DNA of 62,526 nt, filler included, from Platydemus manokwari (Eukaryota), in assembly GCA_037951405.1 (NCBI GenBank). It is 6 parts of 6 records of this genome, joined end to end, with 100 filler letters (N's around TTAATTAATTAA, not from the genome) between each part and the next. Parts side by side here need not be neighbours in the genome. Positions count along the whole stretch, not along the records: positions 22,181 to 31,243 come from JBBMOY011305206.1; positions 31,344 to 40,335 come from JBBMOY011317760.1; 4 more parts are not named here. One strand, written 5' to 3'. Of this stretch, positions 27,014-40,335 are shown in pieces. Under the pieces are notes generated by a model. That model was not told where the DNA came from. It searched no databases and saw only the letters and a program-made list of their open reading frames with translations. The position numbers and the translations under genes are program-made. Every line of letters starts with the position of its first letter. Positions within the stretch are counted from its first letter, which is position 1.

Positions 27014-30000
27014 ATGGACCCATCTGATCCCGATTTTCTTTATTTGGGTGTTGATAGAAAGGCTTTATTGAAGGAGTTTGGAGACAGCTTTGATAGCAAG
27101 AAAAATTTTTGGATACCAGATGAGAAGGAAGGTTATATTGCGATTACAGTGGAAGAAACATCTGGTGACAAAGTGACTGTAAAGACCGATAAAGGCGAAG
27201 TAAATAATCTTTATGAAATTATTTTTTGTTGTTTAAAAACCGATTCTTACAAAACAGACGAAAACCGTCAAGCAAGATTCACTGGAGCAAATGAATCCAC
27301 CAAAATTCATGATGATTGAAGATATGGCAAATTTAACATTTCTTAACGATGCGAGTGTCTTCGACAATTTACGAAAGAGATATTATAAAAATTTGATATA
27401 TGTAAATTTATTTTCATGATAATATTCGGAAACCATATTTGACTTTTCTTTCAGACTTATTCTGGCCTTTTTTGTATAGCTGTAAATCCATACAGGAGAT
27501 TTCCAATTTATACATCGCAGGTTATTATGAAATACAAAGGAAAGAGAAGAGCTGAAATGCCGCCCCATATCTTTTCGATATCTGACAATGCATATTCTAA
27601 TATGCTTGTTGGTAAGATGATTTATTTGTTTTATTATACATTATAAAGGTTCAATATGACCTCGGAATTTACATATTGATTATTTTACTTTTTTCTTGAT
27701 TCAATTTTAAAATTATTATACTTGAAAATACTTAATTACATTTTATAATTCAACTTATAAATGAATAAAAGAACCAATCAAAATGGGTTTATAATTAAAA
27801 TTACATAACATGCTTCAATGGTATTTATGGTCAACTGTAATAATATAAATCATTAAAATTACAAAAATAAAAAAATAAAATCAACATATATTAATGATAA
27901 GAAATTATATAAAATAAATAACGTCATAAATTCTTAAATAATAGAATACATGATATAAAAATATTTAATGATATAAAACTTTCGTCATCTCATATCTGTC
28001 ATCTATTCGGCTAATTAACCAACAGATAAAAATCTTTATTAAAATTTCAATTTTCTGAATCATTTATTCAAAGTTTTCTTAATAAATTTTTCATTACAGA
28101 TAGAGAAAACCAATCGGTATTGATTACGTAAACTATTATTTTGAAATGATATACAAATATAAATTTATCATTGTTCAGAGGTGAAAGCGGTGCTGGAAAG
28201 ACAGAAAACACGAAAAAAGTCATTACATATTTCGCCAATGTGGCTGCAGCAACGAAAAAAGATGATGACGATTCTTCTAAGAAAAAAGTAAGTCGTTGGA
28301 ATACGACCTATTGTTGACGCACTAAAATTTATTTTACGATTAATGTGAAAATAATATTCTCTGTTTCTTGAAGGGTACATTAGAAGATCAAATTGTTCAA
28401 GCCAATCCAGTCTTGGAAGCTTATGGAAATGCAAAAACAACAAGAAATAACAACTCTTCTCGTTTTGTAAGTAAATACAAAAGTACCAATCCTAATAAAC
28501 TGTTATCATGCAGGGAAAATTTATTCGAATTCATTTTGGCACCAGTGGAAAAATTGCCGGTGCTGATATCGAATTTTGTAATTCCTTTTTTCAACTAAAA
28601 TCGAACTTCTATCATTTATATTTTTAAAGATTTGTTGGAAAAATCTCGAGTTATATCTCAACAAAAAGGGGAAAGAAATTATCATATTTTTTATCAATTA
28701 CTTTCGGCAGGAGGAAAAAATTATCATGGTTAAAAAATAATTTTTTAAACCGGTTTGATGAATTTCAATAAATAATATTTTCAGATAAGCTTTTGGTATC
28801 ATCTGATCCAGCTCTGTATTCCTTCATTAATCAAGGAGAACTGACAATTGACGGTGTAGATGATGAAGAAGAAATGAAATTGACAGATGTTAGTGGCTGA
28901 AATGATAAATGAAAATATTAATTACCGCTAATAACATAGATTATAATTCTTCATTTAGAAATCAAAAATATACCGTAAATATAAAATTAATTTGCCGATA
29001 AATATATTATCATTATTTTTGTTATTATTGCTAATACTACTATTATAAAATTTAATAACATATCGAATTATAAAAATTATAAAATTATCTAATTCTGTCA
29101 AGAACTCTCTTTTTTAAATCAGGAGGCCTTCGGTGTTCTTGGTTTTACTGATGAAGAGAAAATGAGTTTATTTAAATGTACTTGTTCGATTATGAATATG
29201 GGTGAAATGAAATTTAAACAACGACCTCGAGAAGAACAAGCAGAGGCCGATGGAACTTCCGAAGCTGAGAAAGTTTCCTTCTTATTGGGAGTCAATGCTA
29301 AGGATTTAATGCAAGCAATCTTAAAACCCAAAGTAAAAGTCGGCAATGAATACGTCACTAAAGGACAAAGCAAGGACCAGGTTTGTAACGGTGTTGTTTT
29401 TGAAATGATTTACTTTGATGGTTTGATGTAGGTCATTTATTCAATCGGTGCTTTGGCAAAATCTCTATATAATAGAATGTTTGCTTGGCTTGTTACTCGA
29501 GTCAATAAAACTCTCGATACAAAAGTTAAAAGGCAATTTTTCATTGGTGTCCTGGATATCGCTGGATTTGAAATATTCGATGTAAATCTGTCATCAATCT
29601 GTTTCTGAGATATAATGATATAATTAATAATTCAGTTTAACGGTTTTGAACAAATTTGTATTAATTATACCAATGAACGATTACAACAATTCTTCAACCA
29701 TCACATGTTTGTCTTGGAACAAGAGGAATATAAAAAGGAAGCCATTGATTGGGAGTTTATCGATTTTGGAATGGACTTGCAAGCTTGTATTGAGTTAATA
29801 GAAAAGGTATTTTTTCTCAATATATAAACTACTATCAAATATAATTTTATATATTATATAAATAATTATTGATTATTAAAATATTAAATTTATTCAGCCT
29901 ATGGGTATATTGTCAATCCTAGAAGAAGAGTGCATGTTTCCCAAGGCGTCTGATCAAACATTAAAGGCGAAACTGTACGACAATCATTTAGGAAAAAGCC

Positions 30001-30401
30001 CAAATTTTGGCAAACCAAAACCACCAAAACCTGGCCAATCAGAAGCTCATTTTGAATTGCACCACTATGCCGGAAGTGTAAGTTTTGAGTTATTTATTGT
30101 GTTTATTATTAATTTTTTTTCTAAAGGTACCTTACAACGTCACTGGTTGGTTGGAGAAAAATAAGGATCCTCTCAATGAGACCGTTGTTGGACTGCTAGG
30201 AGCTTCCAAGGAATCATTAGTATCTTCTTTATTTGCACCAGCGGAAGGTATTACTCTTCGATGATTTTTATTTTATTATTTAACATGCTCTATGATGAAT
30301 AATTTTGAATAATGATTTACAAATGTTGTCTATCAGATACAGGTAAAGCAGGAACAAAGAAAAAGGGTGGATCATTTATGACTGTATCTTTTATGCACAG
30401 G
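27014..30401 (+). CDS. MHC: Muscle myosin II heavy chain, paralogue 2; 5'-partial model (motor domain to loop 2, ~643 aa), the remainder lies beyond the contig end
   Basis: Exons 27014-27199, 27258-27401, 27455-27611, 28100-28127, 28179-28287, 28374-28466, 28514-28577, 28630-28728, 28785-28888, 29123-29380, 29432-29581, 29636-29806, 29898-30077, 30127-30247, 30337-30401. Motifs [21 protein letters not shown] and [17 protein letters not shown]. The N-terminus [21 protein letters not shown] resembles flatworm MHC. Confidence 0.96.
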
Positions 30402-31479
30402 GTAAATTGAAAGGAATCGCATTTTATTCAACACTTGATTCAAGAATTTTTAAAATCATTTATTAAATAAAGCACGATATTAGTTTGATATCATCGATAT
30501 TAAATAATTATTAATTATGAGTATTGAATAATTATATTTCAATATCGAATGTCGAATGATAAAATTGAATTCATAAGAATTTTTATTTTCTATTCTTATC
30601 CATTTTTTCTTGTATCAGTTATCGTTTTCAATATGTCAAAAGATCTAGTGAAATAAATATCAAAAATTAACGTAGAATAACAACTGCATAATTTAAACAA
30701 TTCCAGATAACATGAATGACAAGGATAATTTAATTTTATTTACACGAGTGATTGTTTCAGATGCAGATCATTAATGTTACATAATTTCTGATATTGATCA
30801 AAGTTGTTTGGTAGATATTTCCGCAAATAATTTTTATATGTAATGCTAGGTCTTTACATTCTTAATTTATTTTGACTATCTATTGCAATTTTCCATATGA
30901 TGATTATTTAATAGAATAATTAACAAGTTAGGTTATTTTTATTATTACGTATATCAGTATTATTGTCAATATTATTTTGATTGATTAATTAATAAATGAT
31001 TTTTGACCTGACATCAGATATTATTATATTAATTAAGGATGAATAAATATGAATACAACTAAGATTTGACGATAAATTGAATTTATTTAAATATTTATTC
31101 ATTTAAAAATAATTTAATATTTCTACATTAAATATAAATTTTAATATAATTATTTAATTATTTTAAGAAATAGAATTGGATTAATCATATTAGGATTCAT
31201 CTTATTCTTACCTAAATAAACTTAAAACATATAAATCTAATAANNNNNNNNNNNNNNNNNNNNNNNNNNNNNNNNNNNNNNNNNNNNTTAATTAATTAAN
31301 NNNNNNNNNNNNNNNNNNNNNNNNNNNNNNNNNNNNNNNNNNNGTTCCATAATTAAAACAAATATGATGCGTATAAACAAATCAAACAATGTTGACTGAT
31401 TTTGATAGCTTATGAATAGAACTTCAAGATGACGTGTATGTTAATGATTTGCTACAACAAACATACAAGTGTTTACATC

Positions 31480-32200
31480 TGGTGTCAAATTCCGGTTATT
31501 AGGTTATAGACCCAATACATTTATTGTTATTTTTGTTTCCGAGAGACTGACTCTCTTCGTTATTTCTCCATTTAATAATCCTACATAAAGCATCGATACC
31601 TTAAAAGTTTTATTGATTATTGATACCTTCCCCTACACCTCTCATTAATAAGATTATAAATTGAGTAAAAGATCTGGCGCCATGAGTCTTCATCTGTATA
31701 TTGAGAAATTTGGGTGATATTTGAATGCCAGGGGTTTCATTTTTTCTACGCTCAATGTTGGATTTAATTTCATTTAACGATCTATGTATTCATTTTTGTC
31801 ATTATAGTAAAATTCCGTCTTTCGGACTCCCGAAAAATCTTAGATCACCCATTACTTATACGGATACTGAATCAGAAGTCTTTAAATTATTCGTACAAAG
31901 TTTTCGTTCTTGATTAGCTTGTTACCACCGGTACACTGTAATTAAATTTATATTGCTTACTAAATTCCATTCTCCAGTATAAGCCATCAACGTTTACATA
32001 ATAATTTAATATAATCCACTTACTAAATTTCTTTACACATGTTTTAGAGGCCCATTTGATAAATCTTATCCGATTCCTGAAAGCAATTCAAATAAAACTG
32101 TAATATATTTTGGAAATATTTTTATATCTGAAAACAATAATCTTTCGAATGGGAACTTCAAACATCAAATAATCGGATGCCTAGATCAGTTTCATTGGAA
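31480..32200 (-). mobile_element. Protein-primed family-B DNA polymerase relic (Polinton-like), catalytic region
   Basis: Motifs in the correct order: LFDV*SS (~32170), IKLL..LY.RM (~32010-31965), YTDEDS (31700-31683). Confidence 0.45.
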
Positions 32201-33064
32201 TCATAAATTACAGTCATTTCAAGACAATGGCAATTACTTCTCATCTAATTGCAGTCGTATTAATAATCACGGCACAAGTTATTGTTTATCTGCAAAGACT
32301 GGTGGCGGATTTCAATGCATTTTGTTGATAGAAAGAAAAAGTAAAATCATTCGAGCTAGTAAGCATAGAAAATTCGAAATATTTTAATAAAATATAATCA
32401 TATTTTTAATTATATAATTACATTTTGACAATTAATTGATGATTCGATAATGAGGGTTTTGCGAAAATGAAAATTATTAAATGTGCTATTCAAAATAATG
32501 AAAAATAATCAATAATAATAAAGATGAGCTTCTACATATAATTGGTAATAATGTCTCAGAACCCGTATGTTAAAATATGTAGAGTTACTCCGAGATTATA
32601 CGTAAAAGAATTTCTCGATCAATTAAGATTATTGATCGCTGCTTAAATAATGAAATACTCATGTGATTTAAAAGATTTGTTCGAATATCTTGAACATTCA
32701 TTGATTTTTATCAAGTCCCTGCTAATTTCTGGATTTGGAAAATATTTTCTTATATCATTTTCTTATATCAAGTTACAATGGTAAGACATTTAAAAGAGTT
32801 AATGCTGGACAAAAAAGATCATTGATTATTAGATGTATTATTTCGTCCAACAATATGTATATCAGATATAACTGTTAGAAAGCTTTTTGAATAACGCACT
32901 TTGAAAAATTCAAAAGTTATATGTAATCAATTCTTATATCTGTTTCCAAGTACTTTCAATTTTTCAGTGTCCCATAAGACTAGTCAAAATAATTAATTGG
33001 TGCATTCAAACAAACCACACATGTTCACTAATACTTCTCACTTGACTCTATAGTTTTTGTTGTC

Positions 33065-33765
33065 GAATTTTGGTTTCTAATTTAAGAAATAACATTTTAC
33101 AGAATTTAAGGTTAAACAGAACAGTAGGTGCAAGCAGAAACAGGTGTGCAAAAATTGATATCAGATCATGTTATGATACAAAAAATTCAATTTAAAATTT
33201 TATATCTACAGTTTATTTGTATATTTGAGATTTGGTGAACTTCTTTTTTACAATGAAAATTCATTAAAAATTATTTAATTAAAATTTAATTTTTGAAAAT
33301 AATACTTTATTTCAGTGTTTTTAAAAAGAAGGGTGGCAGAAATTTCTTTTCGATATTGCCTTATAGTAAGAAAGAATATCGATTTTGGTTTCAAATTCTA
33401 AACAAGAAATAACATTTTACACATTACATGTTTAACAAAACAATAGGTGCAAGAGGATACCAGATCATATTATGAAGCGAAAAATTCAATTTAAAAATCT
33501 ATGGCTACAGTTCATTTTTAAAATCAAAAGTATTACATAAGTAATAAAACGTAAAATCTATTGACAATTCACATATAAACTATTTATATTTGTATATTTT
33601 AGATTTGTTTAACTTTTTTTGTAATAAACATTCATTAAAAACCCATTAATAATTATTGAATTAAAATTTATTAATTTAAAAGAATACTTTAATTCAGTAT
33701 TTTTCAAAAAAACGGGGCGACAAATTTCATTTTCGATATTGACTTATGGTAACACAGAATATCGA
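33065..33765. repeat. Direct tandem duplication of a ~320-bp unit (second copy has a ~70-bp insertion)
   Basis: Both copies run TTTTGGTTTC..AAGAAATAACATTTTACA..TAGGTGCAAG..CAGATCAT..TTTTCGATATTG..GAATATCGA. Confidence 0.8.
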
Positions 33766-35099
33766 TAGAATTTTGAAAACATGGAATTTGTACTGAAACA
33801 AGCCATCACCGAAATAGATCAAAGATTTGATGTTTTATGCCAGAATATAAAAAATCAAACTTGTTATTATTAAATAATTTTTAATTTTTTGGTGTTAAAA
33901 ATATTTTTAATTAAAAATTTACTTTATTATTTTCATTTTAGTTCCTAAAAGTAGCGAAAAAATTTGGACTTTTATAGTTGGTCGCAAAAGTTTAATCGAA
34001 ATTTTTGAATTTTTGAGATATCTTAATTTTAATTATTAAGTGTTTAGAATTAGACCGTTCTATATTTTATTCTATTATTGATTTATCTAAATAAAAGAAA
34101 AAATAATTTAAATAAAGAAAATTATTAAATATCTAACATAATTGTGAAAATTGTTTAGTAAATTGTCTAAAATTAAATAATATTAAAATAAATGAAATTT
34201 TTTTGTTATTTTAATGTTACTTTAATCATTCATTTTTTGGTAATCCACTAACTGGCAGTATAATTGGAACAAATAAACTATCAACACCAATTAATATCGA
34301 AACAGAGAAACCTATTTAGAATTTTCAAATGTTATTGAATTAATTTTCATTGGACAATATAAGAAACAAATCAATATAAATTTATTGACAAATTTTTGAG
34401 AATAATTTATCGTGTATTGATTAATAAATAAATCTAATAAATACATCTTATTAGATATGAGTGAATTTAAGAAGCAGACAATTTCGTTCACCGAGCATGA
34501 AACTGTTCAGTTCCAATTAATGTGGCAACCATTTCGGATTAAAAATTATTGTGTGATGAAAATTATATTTTGGTAAATCTCTCTTATTTAAATTTTGATT
34601 TTTGATTTAAAAATGATTAGGGATGAATCATCGTTATTGATTTATCTGATTGGATTGGACGTGTTTATCCAGACCATGAACAATCAATCGCAAACAAATG
34701 AAATCAATACATTGCATAAAATCATCATCAATAACATGAACACAATAATTATTAATCAGAATAATTCAGAGATTGATATTCAGGTAATTGATTTGAAAAT
34801 GATAGGAATTGTATTTATTGAAATAATAGATGTCCAGTGGCAATTATCTGACAAAATGTATCAGATTCAATTCAGGCAATATCGAATACATTAATATCGG
34901 TTTCGGTAATAATAATAGTTTATGTGAAACACTGGAAGGATCAATAAGTTTGAATATTATCAATAAATTTTAAATTATTTACAAGAGTTTATAGATATCC
35001 AAACAAAATCTAGATTAAAAGAGCAAAGTAGAATCTACAGTGTAATTTTATTTAATTTCTATTATTGATTTTAAGAGAATATTGTAGCCTTTCCGAAAT

Positions 35100-38000
35100 C
35101 TAAATTTAAAATCATTCTAGCTCATATGTCTTTCTAGTTTTAATTTCGTAATACCGCATTATCAGATATTTCAAAATGATAAATCCTGATAAACTAAACA
35201 TTATACTTGATTTTTTGTTATTTACAGCAATGACATTTTCTGTAAATGTCTTTTGTCTTCTATAATTTATTTCGGAAATCAATTTGTCTTGTTATATAAA
35301 AATAAATTATTAAATAATTTAAACAATCCAATTGACATAGAATCCTTTTAGTTTTTATAATTAACTATCTATGGCTTTTTTGATCTCGCTTCTTGATATA
35401 AATAGAAATCTAAATAATATATCGTGATATGTTTATGTTTATTTTCTTGAGTTAACATTAGCATCTTTAATTCAACCTAATAAAGAAATTGATTAAAGAT
35501 TTTTATATTTCCATTGTAATCAAACACGTCTTTAATTTTTTCTATTCGTTCATAAGTTAAATCTTTATGCCTTTCCAAATCTGTGTTTCATTAAAAGTTA
35601 TTTCTGGTATTATTTCTACTCTATTTATAATTTCTATTGATTCATTTGCTTCAATTTGATCTAATATTTTAAAATCCTTTACTTTGTGGCTATTAATTTA
35701 AATAAAGAACTGATTCTCATCAAATTCCTCTTTCAAAAAATAATATTTTACTAAATGTCTACTTTTAATATTTTAAATTTATCCCATAATATTTAATCGT
35801 GCTTCCCAAGTTAAACCAGGTACTGAATAATAATAAAATAGATCAATTTATAATATTTTAAACAATCATTTATCAAATTTTTCTAATATTCTGATATCCT
35901 TTTTTAGTTATTCTTTTTGTTAATCTAAAATAAATTTTAAATATACTTGGAAACTTACCATTATCTAATTTTAAATCAAATTAATTAAATATATTACATT
36001 TACTCAAATGTTTATTTAATAAATATCTCGTTTTGTCAACTAATATTCCATTTTCACGTAGATAACAATTTAGTATTGATTTGACATTTATATTATATTT
36101 TGCAAGTTTTATAAATCCTTTATAACAATATTGACAATTTATATAATCTGAAAATTTATTTCACCTTTAGCTATCATTATCATTTTACTTCTTCCGTTTT
36201 CATTTAATCACTGATCTTGAAATCTGAAGTTTTCTTAATTACATCGCCTGCTTATAATCTAAAAAATTTCGATTCATAGATTTTAATAGTTACTTTTAAA
36301 ATAAATTCCAATCGATAATAGTTTTTGCTCAAACATATAATCTTTGCTAAACTAATGCTAACTTTGTTGGACCTTCTTCGTCAGAGAGCAACGTTTTTAT
36401 AGGAACATTATCACTTTTTAAATCAGCATAAATAACAAAAGGAACATCATTTTTTTATAAAACATTTTATTGGATAAATGTCCTACCTTAAATTTTTGTT
36501 TAATAGGTGGATGATTTTAGCATTGGTCAATTTGCGTTTTAAATGCATTTTCACAGCTAAATTTATTTAAAAATCTTAAACAGATTAACTATTTCCAAAT
36601 ATATTCATATTTTAAAAGAATTCATTATGACTTTTAAATAATGATAAATTATAACCAATTGGATTAGAGTGACAATTAAGTATTGGAGATAAGTTTTGTG
36701 CTTCATCAATTTCAAATGCATTAAAATTAATATTGTTCTAGTTTTGTAATTTATTCTAAAATAATTGGAAATTCAAGATTGGATAAATCCAATTCATATT
36801 TGAATGGAATATAATTTGTAACTCTATTTGGATTTGCAGTTAACGGATATAAATATCCTAAAATACTCGACACAAAACATTAAATATAATTTTTTTTAAT
36901 ATTTATTGTTAGTAGCATCAACCTCACTTGAAATTGAAGATAAAACAAAACAGTCATTATAACGAATTTCTTGACCTTTAATGCCAACAAATAAAAGATT
37001 TTTTTAAACAAATTTAAATTCCGGAGAGATTTTTGTACAGTCTTTTTCATAATGATCTGCCATAAATACATTCTTGCTATTACAAATAATCTCATGTAGC
37101 TGAGAACCTTCTTTTAGTGGCAAACATTATTAAGTTTTCTTAAATCTTTGGCGTTCTTAACTCCTTAAATTTTATTATTGTCGTTTCCATTTGTTCTTTG
37201 TCTTTTTCTTCACAAGTAAGAATTCTTTTTAGTTGAAAACTTTACATTCTTCTCTTGGGCTTTTTCATTTTTATGTATTGCCTGTATTAAATATTTATAT
37301 TTCTTTTTATACTATATACACTACTAATGTTATTTGACTTATCTATGTTAATTATTTTATTATTATACTCTTTACTTATATCATAAATATAAAAATGACT
37401 TATTGGATTGATCCGATACACTCTCCTAAGGTAAGCGCTTTGCCTTTTAATTCTCAATGCAGCTCTCATTCGCCAATTCATCATGTTCTATCGCAAACTG
37501 TATTTTGGCTTGTTGTTTTTTGAAATTTCTTTTCTTGTAAATAGGCGTTTCAATACCTCTAAAATTTCTCTAATGGATGTGCTTTTTCTGTACTTTTTTA
37601 AAATGTCCAAGTTTATCTAAATTTGTGAAAAATATTTTCGTGATGCTTTCGAGAAAGAGTTCTTTTGAACCTAATTATATTTGAATAATTTTTAGCTATG
37701 CGGCTTTTATAATGGCAAGTATAAGATGTTAAAATCTTCGTTTGGTTTCAGTTTAAAACTATATGACATGGTTTCTTATAATTGTAGCAATTTCCTGATA
37801 TCTTTTTTTATCTGCTCGTTGTGTTTTTGATTGGCTTATAATTCAATCATCCGATATTACAGCATTCATATCAAGCCATCTTTGTTTCAAATTTATCATA
37901 ATGAAATAATGAAATACATTTTTCACTTTAAAATGATATTTCAACAACTTTCTCCTCTAGTAAACAACAATAAGCCTTAAATTTTAAAATTAGAGGAGTT

Positions 38001-38640
38001 CCACTTTCAATGGTTACTTTTCTGAGCATTTACATCGAAACGAAATATTAGGTATAACTTTTGAAAATATAACAAATTCAATTGAGAATAATTTTTTTAA
38101 TACCTCACATAAATTAAGATTTGCGTCATAAAGGGTATCATGGGTGTTTGTCGTTATATTGAGTTGCATTTTATTGGTTGGATAGTTAGTGTATTTAATC
38201 TTACTTTTAATAAATGAACATTAGATTATTTACGCTAATTTCATAAAATGTTTTCTTATCATGTTATTTTTGAGTAAGACTAATTTAATCTTCATTAGAA
38301 ATAATGGTCTGAAAGTACCAATATATAGATGATGATTCCCATTAAATGTGTTTCTTCTTTTGAATCCTTTATTGTCTTCATTCATATCTTCTACTTTTAT
38401 CTGGCATTCATGATATTGATTCACTAGTTCTTTCAACACATTTATCTAATAATATACAATTTCATTATACTTGATATTTCTGCAACAATCTTATTAATTT
38501 CAATTTTAAAAGTCCCGAGATTTATCTCATAGTGTAAAATGAAAAAGAAGGAAATTATATTTCTAAAGTTATATTATGGTTAACTTCAACATTATCTTAC
38601 TTTGTTTTTTTAAATTCGATTTCAATTTCATATCTTAAGA
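35100..38640 (-). mobile_element. Polinton/Maverick DNA polymerase B relic
   Basis: FVSSILGYLYPLTANPNRVTNY (~36875-36810), VPFVIYAD (~36446-36423), YYSVPGLTWEA (~35833-35801), TFTENVIAV (~35250). The 37-38.6 kb part is less certain. Confidence 0.75.
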
Positions 38641-39589
38641 AAGTAAATAACAAATTATTATGTCATTCCTTTGTGTAATAAACTTACAGTATATTCGATC
38701 ATCAAATATTATCAACCCAGATATGGTACTGTTATAACCTGAGGCAATTGTCCAATTTTTTGCAAAAATAAGTACTTGGTCAATTCCTCATTTCATTTTA
38801 TTAAAATTTAAACCACCCCTCCTAATAGAAATCAGAAATTATCTAATTGATAAGCATTATTATTATTTTATATAATTTTAACAAATAATGTCTCTGTAGA
38901 TGTCCACATATTTGATGATTTTATTTATCGTATTATCACCAATCACATTAGTTACAATATGGTGTTTGTGGAAATTCAATCTATCGTTTATCAATAAAAA
39001 TATTTCGTAAGTGCTTTAATGAAAATTGTTCTTTAAATATATTTAAGAAATTACCAGCCAAAGATCAGCCTTCCTATGGTTTATCTACAAGAAGAAATTT
39101 TTGATGATTCAAGTGGTGTTCATATAAAAATAAATGATTCGTATTAAATAAATATAAATAGCTGTTGATGTATGTTTCATGTAAAAATGAGCTATAATCC
39201 AAAATTACCATTTAATATAATTTCTAGTGAAATAAAATGATTGGTTCTTATTAGTGCATTTGTAATCTCCATTTGTTTCTTTGATTTAGTACTTGTGAGG
39301 CTTTAAATCTAAATAAAATAATTTAAAAATTTAAATTAAATTATTTGAAAATTATTAAATGATTGTAAAAGAATTTAATTTAAAAAAATATTAAATTTAA
39401 TAATTTATAAAAANNNNNNNNNNNNNNNNNNNNNNNNNNNNNNNNNNNNNNNNNNNNNNNNNNNNNNNNNNNNNNNNNNNNNNNNNNNNNNNNNNNNNNN
39501 NNNNNNNNNNNNNNNNNNNNNNNNNNNNNNNNNNNNNNNNNNNNNTAACTCATTTGCAACAATATTTTAATCTAATTCAAAATTACACC

Positions 39590-40335
39590 GTTTGTTGTTT
39601 AATATTAAAACAAAGCTTTTTTTAAATAACTTCCCTCTCCCGTTGACTTTGATATCCTTTTTAGCCATTCAATTTTTCGAGGTTTTGGTTGTTCCTGGAA
39701 ATCAAGGAGAACTTGATGTGGACTTAAAAATTTCAAATTTTAGTGTGGAATTTCATAACGATCTCCGTTCTTCTTTATCTTATGTGGTTCTTTCTTCACT
39801 AAAACTTGTTCTCCAACTGTGAAAATTCTTCAATCTCTTTTCTTAGTATCGAATTTCTATAAGTTTCTGGCTACCGATCTTAGCTGATTTTCCGTTTCTT
39901 TGATGACCTGGTCGTGATGGCTTGGTTCATTTAGTCGTAATCCATGTATATTAATTCTTCGTTCAAACAATATTTCAAATGGAGAATTGAACTTTGATAT
40001 GTTGCATTGAAGATGAATTCTAATCCATCTCTTTAGTTTGCCCAATTTATACCTTCCGTTTAGCACAAGCATCACAATTCCGTACTTCCTGATCGATGCT
40101 TCGTGATATATTTGGACAGAAGTAATTTTTTTGAATATAATGGACCAATTTCTTATTACCAATATGGCACAACTCTTCATGAAGGTTTCTCGTAAATTTC
40201 TGCGAATAAAATATTTGTTAAAATATTTGCTTTTCTTGACCGCTAAATTGACTTCTGTTTCTGTTTTCCCTAACCATTTTCGAATGGAACCAACGACAGT
40301 ATCTTCTTGTTGAATCTTTCTTAGTTCGTCATTAT
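39590..40335 (-). mobile_element. Ty3/gypsy integrase-region fragment
   Basis: ELRKIQQED..., a degraded H2C2 region and YNISKFNSPFEILF-like (HxxTxxSPFEILF) sequence; similar in type to 45.6-46.7 kb. Confidence 0.5.

Noticed and set aside
30402-31243. MHC paralogue 2 as a truncated, tailless myosin
   Set aside because: It ends at a normal GT donor and the contig stops 0.8 kb later; incomplete assembly is the simpler explanation.
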